Shown here: piece after piece, positions 11,678 through 22,560 of the stretch | Numbering within the stretch: the first letter of the stretch is position 1 | Layout of the letters: each line of letters opens with the position of its first letter | Assembly: GCF_000143415.4 (NCBI RefSeq) | Contig: NW_003314269.1 | Coordinates: 3,511,121 to 3,538,964, forward strand | DNA: 27,844 bases | Direction of reading: 5' to 3' | Source: Selaginella moellendorffii | Lineage: Eukaryota > Plantae > Lycopodiophyta | Program-made: the position numbers and the translations under genes | Notes under the pieces: model-generated | Told to the model about the DNA's origin: nothing | What the model saw: the letters and a program-made list of their open reading frames with translations, nothing else | The model's database searches: none

Positions 11678-12784
11678 CTAGAAATTACCCAGCAAAAAAC
11701 TGGTGGGTTGGCAAGGTGAAGTTCTCAAAAAACTTTAAATCTAAGCAAAAAGACAATTATATTAGCCAAGAGCTTTATGGGGAAAAAAATTCAAAAGAAA
11801 ACATCTAGCATCTAGATTTCTAGCACCTCACCATGCTCACCTCACCATGCTCAAAATGTATTGCTGTTGGCAATATACATACTTGAAGCAATATGTAAAA
11901 CACCCAAATTTAGCTATTAGCAGAGACATATAATAGTGATCCTCCTAAGTAGCTTCTCCTTAACATTTGTGAATTAGTGGGGGGTCATTGATCCATATGG
12001 TGACAGCTTGAAGCACAACTCCATTCTCTTGTAGTGTTTTATATAAGAATTGTAGTTGTAGAAAGAGACATGAAGAATTTCTCACTGGGAACTACTCTAG
12101 TGACTATGGCTGGGACAGCATCAATCTCACAGCCAACCCAGAGGTGTTTACACAAAATCAAGAGTCACTGCTGGTAAATGAATGCCTTCAATTGAGCTTG
12201 CCCAGCCATGGCAGTATACCTACCATCGTGAAAGCCAACTTCTCACATATTGAACCCCAGTGCAAAACCTGAAAATTGAATTTCCTCTACAAGAATGGAA
12301 AGATCTTACCTATTCCTAGCTAGGGCGTCCTACAAAGATGAGCAGAAAATTCTTGTGCAGGGTATGAGAGATACAAGCAGGCTCTCCAATTCTATAAGCA
12401 CTAGCCATAGTGCTCCATTGCTAATCTGGCCCTAAAGACAAAAGGGAGAACTTCTGCAGAAAACAGGATGAGCCACATATGCATGAGCCAAGCTCTATAT
12501 ATCCAACACTGCAGAGGACGATCACTCGAAATGCCCATCCACATACCCTATGCTTGAGCAACACAAGCTCCTGGGCCTCCATCTCTAGCACTGCCTCTTC
12601 TTCCGCAAACTTCAAGGCTAAGGAGCTGCAGTAAAGAAGAGAAACCTGAAGTGAGCAAAAATTTGGTGCTGAGGAGGAGCTGTCATAAAGAAAATTTATC
12701 TGGCTGCAAAGGCAGAGGAGGAGGGCCTATGGTAAAAGGAGAGTTTTTCCCTCCTTGGCTGCAACCTCCTAGTATTGCCCTAGA
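11678..12784 (-). mobile_element. Non-autonomous Helitron-like unit C (same family as unit A)
   Basis: Minus strand A|TCTAGGGC start at 12784; end CCAG-TTTTTTG-CTGGG-TAATTT-CTAG at 11678; ~725 bp homologous to unit A. Confidence 0.55.
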
Positions 12785-12994
12785 TGAGTACAAAAATCAA
12801 TAATGTTATACAATTCCTTTCTTTTGATATTTTTATTTGTATATATATACACATGCAATATTTTAAGGCCCTTTCACTCAGGAAACTTTTGTGATCAATC
12901 CCAAGAGTTGGACAGTAGCTAGAAGCTCTTGCTCATTCCAGCCAACCTCTTCTACATGAATACCACAGCAACACAAAATCCAAGAGCTTTTAGG

Positions 12995-13035
12995 CAATGG
13001 GCTTGGAGTTTGGCTCCAAATTTAGGTGCGCTACA
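12995..13035 (+). repeat. 41-bp remnant (U5 end) of the 5' LTR
   Basis: Matches 18251-18291 with three differences, all C-to-T; no LTR similarity further upstream. Confidence 0.9.
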
Positions 13036-13037
13036 TT

Positions 13038-13048
13038 TGGTATCAGAG
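13038..13048 (+). promoter_or_regulatory. Primer-binding site for initiator tRNA-Met
   Basis: TGGTATCAGAG two nucleotides after the LTR end CTACA; canonical plant LTR-retrotransposon PBS. Confidence 0.95.
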
Positions 13049-13226
13049 GAATTGTCTCAGCGATTCTTATCCAATTTTTGTCAAATTTTCTGACTCAAGT
13101 TGCATATGAAGAGACTTTTTTTGTAGATCCGAAGTGATCTATGTAGGATTAGTTGGATAGCACCATTTGGTAAAAACGTTGTATGCATGTTCAGTTATTG
13201 ATAAAGGCATGCATGCAGCTAGCAGG

Positions 13227-16200
13227 ATGGTGAAGAGGAACCAAGCTGATGACACTGAAACCTCTAGACGGGCGAATCGAGAGGAGGAAACTCCTGCTAG
13301 AGATGCTGTGGAAGAGGTTGAGGCCGAGTCAGAAGAGGAAGAGCCAGATGCTAGGGCGCTGTAGCGTACGGCTCAGGAAGTTGAGATCAAGAATTTGCGA
13401 AGGGAGATTCACAAATTCAAGAAGGAGAACAAGAAGAAGAAGAAAAATGCTGAGGTAGCTAAACCAGCTAAGCCTAAGAAACTAGACTCCCCTTCAAGTT
13501 CTGAGGATGATGAAGTTCTGCAGCCGCCCCCAGTTGCATGAGTTTCAAAGTTCAAGCCTCCGAAACCACCCAACTTTAGAGGCATGTGGGACTATCAAGT
13601 TTTGGAAGACTGAGTCTACGATATGGAAAACTATTTCAAAGCGGTAGATGTAGATGATCGTACAAAAGTTGCATGTGCGTAATCCTTTCTCACCAATCAT
13701 GCCAAAACTTGGTGGTGCCAAGTGTATGCTGAAAAAGGGTAGACTAGAAGTTGGACCAAGATGCAGTCTTGTATCCATAAGGAATACTTGCCGGATGATC
13801 TTGGTCTGAGACTTTGCGTGGAGCTGTAGCGGTTAAAGCAATGAGAGGATCTCATGCATTACATTAATGCGTTTGCTCAGAAGTGAATTATAATTGCAAA
13901 TATGAGTGACGAAGATGCTCAAAGTTATTTTCTGGAAGGTTTAAGTTCACTTTCTCACAATGAGATTTTGAAGTTTAAGCCGAAGACGTACCTGGAATGT
14001 AAGGAGGCAGCGCAGCAAGTTGCCTTTAGTCACTCGCTCATGGAACAATATCAGCAATCGTATGCTGGTAATTCAGATAAGAATAAAAACTCTAGGAATA
14101 AACAAGGTGATCGGAAACAGAGGGTGGAAGGTAGGTTCCACTCTGGAGGCTCACAAGCAACAGTTAACAAAGGTGGTGGTGGTTGAAGACCATCAGCAGC
14201 TTCTTCTAGTCCTAGGCCCTCTATTCCTCCTCCTAGTGGGTACAAGCAGTAGCAACCTGCAAAACCTGCTCCTAGCGGAATGGGTAGTGTGGGTCATTGC
14301 TTCCATTGTGGAGAGTCAGGATATAGGTCCTCAGAATGTCCCAATAAGCATAAGACAAGGTCTCAAGTTAATGTCATGAGGGAAGATGGTGGTGGTGAAG
14401 TTGAAGGGGTTGATGAGTTGGTCAATGCAGACTATGAGGAAGAAGAGGTGAGTAACTTTCATTGCTTTCCTCAAGTTTTTCTTACAGTCAATGCAAATAT
14501 TGATCTGTTGATGTATCTGGTAGGCTTTGTTCGTGGACACTAAATCTGAGTGATGATTGACACGGGAGCTACGCACAGCGTGATATCCGAAGACTTAGTT
14601 AAGTTGTTAGGATTGAATGTTGAGCAAATATCACCTATGCACTTCCGGTTTGCGGAAGGTGGGCAAGTAGCCAGAAAGTTTGTGAGTGATGTTCCAATAA
14701 AGATATCCAAGTGGAAAGAAAGAGTGGACTTAGTAGTGTTGAAGATACCAGATTTTCAAATGGTGTTTGGTATGGACTTCTTCAACAAATATATAAAAGG
14801 GATTTATGGTGCTAGACAAAGTTGTATCACGTTGAAGTCTGAAGGACATCCCGATGTGTCCTTCCAGTTGCAAAAGCGTTCCTCAAAGGATTGGGGTGCA
14901 AAGTTCCTGACTGCGAGGGTCGCTCAAAAAGCAGCTAAGAAGGGATGTCGGACTTTCTGGGTTCAAGTGATGGAAGCTAAGAGTGTGGGTGACTCAGTTC
15001 AAATTGGTGATGGGGTTGATCCTGTACCACATAAAATATTGGAGTTGTTGGCACGGAATCAAGATATCTTCCCGAAGGATTTGCCACCAGGGCTACCTCC
15101 TAGCCGTGAGGTTGATCATCAGATTGAGGTTATTCTAGGTTCTAAACCACCTACAAAAGCTCCATATCGGTTGAATATCAAGGAAATGGCTGAACTCAAG
15201 AAGCAACTCATGGAGCTTCTTGACAAAGGTCATATCCAATCAAGCAAGTCACCTTATGGAGCGCCGATCCTTTTTGTTATAAAAAAGGATGGAACTATGA
15301 GGATGTGTATTGACTATCGGGTACTCAACAAGATCACGGTTAAGAATAGTTATCCTTTGCCTCGCATTGATGACTTGTTTGACCAACTCTTAAAGGCTAA
15401 GTATTTTATGCAACTTAATTTGCGGTCCGGGTATCATTAGATACGGGTGGCAGATCAGGATGTGGAGAAAATAGCCTTTAAGACTCGGTATGGATCTTAT
15501 GAGTTCCTTGTCATGTCGTTCGGGTTATGCAATGCTCTGGCAATGTTCAACACTATGATGGATAGGATATTCGAAGATTATCTGGACACATTTGTTGTCC
15601 TATATATCGACGATGTTCTAGTCTTCAGTGAAACGTTGGAGGATCATTGAAACACTTGGAGCTGGTGTTTTAGAAGTTGCACGAACACAAACTGTATGCT
15701 AAGGAAAGTAAATGCGCTTTTGGACAATTGCACGTAAACTTTCTTGGACATATAGTTGATGGTAGTTGTGGATCGGTTGTTGAAAATTGCACACTTCATT
15801 CCAACTGTGGGAACAGTGAATGCGAAACAAGTAGTAAAGCTCTTTTTCCATAAAGTAGTGCGAGTTCGTGGTCTTCCCAAAGAGATGATCTCGGATAGAG
15901 ATTTGAAGTTTACGGGGAAGTTCTGGGGCACACTGTTCCAGTTGTTTGATACCAAGTTGAAGTTTAGTACGGTTTATCATCCTCAGACTGATGGGCAGAC
16001 CGAATGCGTGAATGCTCAAGTTGAGGATTATCTACAGTACTATGTTGCAGCGGACCAACACGACTGGGTTGAGCATTTGGATACAGTAAAAATCTGTTAT
16101 AACAACACATTTCACAACGCTATCGACTGTTCTCCATGGGAGATGCTGCAAGGAAATGCTCATGGGGTTCCTCAACAGATTGTTATACCAAAACCAATGT

Positions 16201-16769
16201 CCGAAGTGTTGGTCCCGGCTGTTGAGACTTATGCGGAGCAGCTACGCCAAGGTTGGTCTAGAGCTACTGAGGCGATGGGCAAAGCTTAGGATAGGTATCG
16301 ACGTGATAAGGATCAGCATCGTCGAGATGTATCTTATCAAGTAGGAGATTAGGTGTGGCTATCTTCCCGGAACTTGAACATCAAGGGATCTTTATCTCGG
16401 AAGTTGTTACCGAGATATGTGGAACCCTATCAGGTGTTGAAAAGACTTAGTGATGTATCCTATCAGTTGGATATTCCACAAGAGATGTCCAGCCTTCATG
16501 ATGTGTTTCATTTCAATTTACTAGCCCAATATCATGAGGATCCTGGCCGCTCTAGGGATGTTCGTCCAGCTCCAGATGTTATTGATGGTGAATCAGAGTA
16601 TGAAGTTGAGGCTATCCTTTTGTCTCGTAAAGCATGTGGTGGTCGTGCCAAATAATATCTTGTTAAGTGGAAAGGTTACCCATCTTGTGAATCAACTTGG
16701 GAACCTCTTAAGAATCTTACACATGCTCGTGAGCTTGTCACAGAGTATGAGAATAGTAATAAAAAATAG
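13227..16769 (+). pseudogene. gag-pol polyprotein pseudogene (Gag, zinc knuckle, aspartic protease, RT, partial integrase, chromodomain)
   Basis: Gag: KPPNFRG..MENYF..FLTNHAKTWW. Knuckle: CFHCGESGYRSSEC. Protease: [10 protein letters not shown]: [42 protein letters not shown]. Integrase: ISDRD, YHPQTDGQTE, RYVEPY. Chromodomain: [16 protein letters not shown]...STWEP (16596-16751). About 17 premature stops and one 1-nt deletion near 15647. Confidence 0.95.
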
Positions 16770-17342
16770 CTTTTGTAACTCTTGTAATAAATCTTGCAAA
16801 TTAATAAAATAATATATTTCTATAAATCAAAGTGTCGTTTCTATTGTTTATTCATCCTTGGGTTAGTTTTGGCAGACTGACTTTGGCATTTTGGTGCATG
16901 GGTCCAATCCATAACCATGGGGATAACTATTATAGATTGATCACAAGTCCTCGCCTCTCTCTCGATGACTCACTTTTGCAAAAGGGCGTGGTCGTTTATA
17001 ATAGTTGTCTAAATCTTCCTAACGGGGTTGATTTCTTGCTTAGGGGCAGTTGGGCCTCTAGCCTTCTCCTTATGTCCCTGCAGGCAGGGATGTATCATTC
17101 CTTTGTAAGCTGAGTGGTATTCGGAGTAGCAAGGGTGGCTAACTCTGTTAGTCATTTCTTTGTCGATGACGGCCAGAGGGTGTTTGAGTCTTAAAGTCTT
17201 TGGACGTAGAGGAGAGGTCATTCCATAACTCATTTAAGTCGGTGTGTTTCCCACATAGTGTGCTTTCCGTTAACTTTCGGAGTTGTTTCCTTGACAGTTT
17301 TCTAGACTCGGGTATACATCAATGAGGACGTCGATCTTCCCC

Positions 17343-17355
17343 AAGGGGGGGAGAA
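17343..17355 (+). promoter_or_regulatory. Polypurine tract
   Basis: AAGGGGGGGAGAA immediately before TG of the 3' LTR. Confidence 0.92.
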
Positions 17356-18291
17356 TGTCGCAAATGTGACTTTGGGTATCGAAAGATACTTGTTGGCTAG
17401 TCCTTACGGACACTCTCTCCTTACTGCCACGACGGCAGGAGGTTGATATTGCTGGTTCCCTTTGTGGTCTCCACCCAAGCTAGTTGAGAAACTGGTCAGC
17501 ACATGTGCACTTAGACTGGAAGGGCATTAAGGAAGGAAATCCTAAGTTGTCATTAAGTCAAGCATACTTGACACGATGACGAGAAACTCATGATGTTGAC
17601 TTACATTTGCTAGTGTTGGGAACCCCTGCGATATTGAGACTAGTCTCTCAATATTCGCTAGATGATAGCTTACCGTGTCTGCCAAACACCCTCGTTATCA
17701 CGCCCTTTGTGTTAGTCTCATTTCAGTCCTAAATACTATTTATGGAAAGTGTCTAGATTCACTCATTTGGCATATCTACGGAATGTAGAAGTCAGCCTGA
17801 ACACAATGGTGTTCGCCCCGTGTCCAAATTCGCAATCTAAGACCATTCCATATTTAATAAGTTTCGAGCTTGTCCCAGAGACTAACTCCTGATACTAAGG
17901 GTGGCTTGGGGTGAAAGCCCAAAGCGTGTGTTCCTCATAGGGGGGGGAGGGGGGGGCTATGGGGTGTGGGGGGTTCCAAATGTATAATAGGGATAGTGGT
18001 TGGAATGCATGTTTAACCACCTAAGACATTAGTTTGGCTCCTATTGGGCTGTGTCGCTTCTTGTTCTCCATCCGGCTTGGGGTCTAACCCAAGCTCCACG
18101 CTGCTCTAGTCGGTGGAGTACCCTCCTCCTCGCGTTAGGCCACCGGTATGCCAAAATTGTGCTAAACTCCGTCTGACACCATTTTGCATGCAAGTGCTGA
18201 ATATAGGGAGCTGGTGCTCGTGGGATTGTACCGGACCCTCGTTCGTAGCACAACGGGCTTGGAGTTCGGCTCCAAATTCAGGTGCGCTACA
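17356..18291 (+). repeat. 3' LTR of the chromovirus (936 bp)
   Basis: Starts TGTCGC after the PPT and ends GCTACA; the end matches the 5' LTR stub. Confidence 0.92.
17940..17973 (+). other. G-quadruplex-forming motif inside the LTR
   Basis: G8-A-G8-CTAT-G4-TGT-G6, followed by a TATA-like TGTATAATAG. Confidence 0.7.
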
Positions 18292-19169
18292 TAGAGTCAT
18301 TAATCAATTGCTTCAACACGGCATTGCACAATTACATAGCTTTTTCAAGTATCAATGCTTTGTTTGCCCACCAGACTTCTACAAGCACTCAAGGGGACCT
18401 TCTCCTCTTCAACAGCATCAACATTCCCTAACCAAGAGAAGCCAACACAGCCAGACATCATGCTCTAAGTCTCATATCAACATCTCTTATAGTCCTGAAT
18501 TCTCTCAACACCATAAGCTTTGGATCAGCATGCTTGACTTCAACTTGACTTTCCATGGAATCCAAGGCTTTCTCCAAGACTCCCTTTGCGCTCCAGAGTC
18601 GATCTTTTTCACAACAACACTCGAGTAAAGCTTGACTCACCACCTTCTTCATTAGCAATGAATTCTCTTCTCTCTTTGGGTTTTTAGTTTTCTTTTCTTT
18701 TCTTCTTTATTTTCACTTGTTTCTCATGACTTTCCAAGTTATATCCTTTTGCTAACACAAGCTCAAGGTGGCCTTAACTTGTCCAAGAGCTCATTCATCT
18801 TCTGGTCTTTCCCCTTGGTTCTCAGGTTTTTGTCTCTATCACTTTTAGGAACATATCCTCCTCTTCATCTCCATCCACTTATATTGACAAACTATCACTC
18901 TATTCACTTTTATCATCATTGCATTCTATCATCACAAATACCCAATCTATCAAATTTTTTGGATGTTGGAGAAAAAATATATAACTCAAACCATCACAGC
19001 ATGAGACTTGTGGCAAATCTAGGGATATTCCAGCTTTTTTCTTCAGTTGGTTGGGCTTGTATAGAATAGGCATCCAGACACTCATTAGTGGAGTAGACAA
19101 ATCTCCTCACTCCATGTACTTCCAGCTGCATTTAGCTATAGAAGCCACTTCATCCTAGGTTACAACATG

Positions 19170-20262
19170 TGTAAGCGACTAAATTTTCCATTCTACTTTA
19201 GTCACTTAACCACACCTCCGACCACTTGAAGGAGTCTCACTCACAACCTTCATAAGTCCTATTTCGGACTTGGGCTTGCTAGCCCCGAGAATGGCATCCC
19301 CGCCACTCAACCTTTGCACTTGGTCCAAGTGCTCCATGTGTCCAATATCATGACTGACACCCCAAGGTACCACCGACATATCGGCCCGTTACGCTAAAGC
19401 CATACCCATTCACCTTGGTCACACCGGTGGTCTAACACCACCTACATCACAACCCTGTCTCAAAAAGACTGGGCCATCCATCCATGAGTGATCATCCCAA
19501 ATCCACTCCTTAGCATCCTTAGGATGCCCACAGACATGGGGAATAACCTTCCCCAATATCCCTTTTCCAATCCCCACCAAGTCCCTTTCTGCCCATGGCT
19601 GTGTTCGCTAACACTGTCACTGGATCAAGGCCCACAGGTCCGACCGCTAAGTCCCATGGTCCTCTGGGACTTCCTCACCACACGACTGTATCCTTGGTCA
19701 CTACATCAGAGGACTACTTCTCTTCCTTTCCACAGTTTAGGCCTTTGGGACAACATTTCGGAACACTGTGGCTTTACACAAGCCTCGTGGGTACTCTCCT
19801 TGCCTTCCGCCATTGGGTGCTCTAGCCATGGGCTTAGAGCGAGGTTCCGTTGAGACATGCCAGGTATCCAAGTAGGTAGTGCCACCCACACTTGGACTGT
19901 GAGCATCGGCCAGTCGATCTCCCGGGGGAACTAGAGCCAGCTTTTGAACACTTCACCAAGCTACCCCACTTGTCGGTCCATGTTCACTCTAGTCTTGGAC
20001 TTCCTAGTGGGCAGCTCATCACCCAACACTGGGAACAGCCTTTCTGGGCCAAACTAGCCTTTCCTGGCCAAACTGACTCCACTGCAGTCCTCCCCTTACT
20101 ATACTTTTGGAGCTCACCAAACCCCCCAGGGTCTGGGAGACGAACGCTTTGGGTTTTCACCCTCTCAGACTCGGACTCGGACTTGGGCTATTGCTTAGGC
20201 TCGGTCTCGGTCTCAGCTCCGGCCCCGGTCTTGGTCTCGGCCTCAGTCTCAGTCTCGGTCCT

Positions 20263-20296
<34 letters not shown>

Positions 20297-21096
20297 CCGG
20301 TCTCAGTCCCAGTCTCAGTCCCAGTCTTGGTCTTGACCTCGGACTCCATCTCAAGTCCTTCTTGGACTCCATCTCAGATTCCATCTCAGGTTCATCTCGG
20401 ACTCCATCTCGAACTCCGTCTTGGTCCATCTCGGACTCCATCTCGGACTCTATCTTGGTCCATCTCGGACTCCATCTCGGATCCATCTCGGACTCCATCT
20501 CGGACTTTGTCTCAGTCCATCTCGGACTCCATCTCGGGTCCATCTCGGACTCCATCTCGGGTCCTTCTCGGACTCAATCTCGGATCTATCTCGGGTCCAT
20601 CTTGGGTCCACCTCAGACTCCACCCCAAACTCCATCTTGGACTCCATCTCGAACTCCATCTCGGACTCCATCTCGGACTCCATCTNNNNNNNNNNNNNNN
20701 NNNNNNNNNNNNNNNNNNNNNNNNNNNNNNNNNNNNNNNNNNNNNNNNNNNNNNNNNNNNNNNNNNNNNNNNNNNNNNNNNNNNNCCAACTCGGGTCCAT
20801 CTTGGACTCCAACTCGGGTCCATCTCGGACTCCACTTCGGACTCCAACTTGGGAACGAAAGCCAAACGAGTGTAACACGTTTGGACTAAAAGCTCTAACT
20901 TGAAAGGTCGAGAGCGGGAGTGGAACTCCCAACAAAGTGCTCGAGGAATGAGCACAAAGCGAGCAATAAGTGAGGCTCCAAAAAGGGACCCAAAAGGACC
21001 AACACATGACACGTGGAAGTGTCCGAGATGGATTGGCCACTACCATGTGGCACCCTTCTGGCTCCACTTTGGGGTCTAGGGATTTTGTGTCTCACA
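19170..21096 (-). repeat. 3' LTR of the non-autonomous element (contains a gap and a 179-bp inversion)
   Basis: Direct repeat of 25137-27041. Confidence 0.9.
20165..20853. repeat. (GACTCG)/(GGTCTC)/(GGTCCC) hexamer array followed by a 10-12-mer GGACTCCATCTC minisatellite
   Basis: Directly visible; interrupted by the N gap at 20686-20785. Confidence 0.95.
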
Positions 21097-21110
21097 ACTC
21101 CACCACCTAT
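21097..21110 (-). promoter_or_regulatory. PPT-like tract of the non-autonomous element
   Basis: Minus strand ATAGGTGGTGGAGT directly before TGTGAG of the 3' LTR; purine-rich but not pure. Confidence 0.6.
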
Positions 21111-22560
21111 AGACAAAGCTCGATGTCCTTATCGAATGGTAAACCCCTTTTATAAAGTAACACCTGCATGTATTACCATTTCCATCCTTGGCACTTAGCC
21201 AAAGTTTGTCTATGGTTTGACACCAAAGGCTCACCATGCCTTGTCCATCCTCTAAGGAGCATAGTCTCTCCAACTTAGAGACTCACTCAACCACCTGGGG
21301 TGGTTTGTTCGCTTTTATTGGTTCAGTTCTCGCTAAACATGTTAGAGACACCCTCTCTAACTCAATTCCACTACTCATTCTCGAGTAGTCTCAAATTCCA
21401 TTGACATAACCTTTGCACTTTGGAACTTTTAATTTTGACTTTTCAGAGTCAATTTCTTAGGTGTCTCCGACACCTTACATTGCACATGGTGCAACTCCAC
21501 TTCCCTATCCTAGGAAGTTCTTTACTTGAGGGTACCATCATCCTCTCTCTGATATTGTGCCACCCTTGGCACTAAGTTCCAGTTATCATAATTGGTGCTA
21601 GGGCTGCCCACAACTCTATTATTTGGCTACCTTACCGCTCCCCCTTTTGGAGCATCCACTTTCGCCAAATCAGAGCAATTGGGAATCCACTCTAAGGAAA
21701 CATTGCCTTTCCCACAATCTGTTAGCACTCAACACATTAGTGTTCTCGACCTAACTTTGCCATTTGGATATTTTCCCATGATTCCCATGGCTTTTTTTCT
21801 TAGCCACTAGTCTTTTGCTCTCATCCTTGATTGTTGCACCCAGTAATATGGGATCGCTACCTCCATTTTTGAGGTTTCCTTTCAATTCCATAGCAAACAC
21901 TTTGCTTTTGCTAAGTCCAAAGGGTGTTCACCCCTAGTATGTCTCTTTAACATTTTCTGTTGTGGGCTCTATCCACGGCCCAACTTTTGAGACCCTCCCT
22001 TGGATCTCTTATAAAGACTACTTTCCTCGAACTTATTATGCCACAGCATTGACATACCTCATTTCCCTTAGGTGTTCTTCCCACTTGGTCACCTTGACCA
22101 GGCCACACCATTATCAATAGTTCAAATCAACACTTTGAACTAAGAATCATATTCTTTAACCTAAACAAAGACCTTATCCTTGTTTAGCCACAAGATCACC
22201 TAGTGATCTCATCTTGACCCCTTAATAGGTCTAGCAATAGGAACTAGGTCTTCCAGACCCTTCTACATTGTTGACTATGACCCCAGGGGCATCCCCCACA
22301 CTTGGCGGTGCACCCAAGCCAGCCCTTCCAGCCAAGGATTCATAGCAACTGAAATTGGGTGTCCCTATCTCATTCACTACGTCCTTGGTGCCCTTTGCAC
22401 CAAAGTGTTCAAGTTAGATATGCCAAGCTTTCACTCTAAGCAATCTAACTGTGCATCACAACTCTGGGGCATCCCCCGCTTGGCAGTGTGCCCAAGCCAA
22501 TCTCCTCATTGAGAGTCCATGACCACCGAAATATAAGTGTCCTCATATTCCAAACCATCA

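Larger units (their letters stand above)
12995..18291 (+). mobile_element. Defective Ty3/gypsy chromovirus LTR retrotransposon (5' LTR truncated, internal deletion)
   Basis: LTR stub, PBS, gag-PR-RT-IN-chromodomain order, PPT and full 3' LTR with TG...CA ends. Confidence 0.95.

Noticed and set aside
18113-18628. 171-aa plus-strand ORF
   Set aside because: Crosses the LTR boundary at 18291, so it is a chance fusion; no recognisable motifs.
19892-21067. Long ORFs up to 327 aa
   Set aside because: Lie in the LTR minisatellite and read through an N gap; no domain signal.
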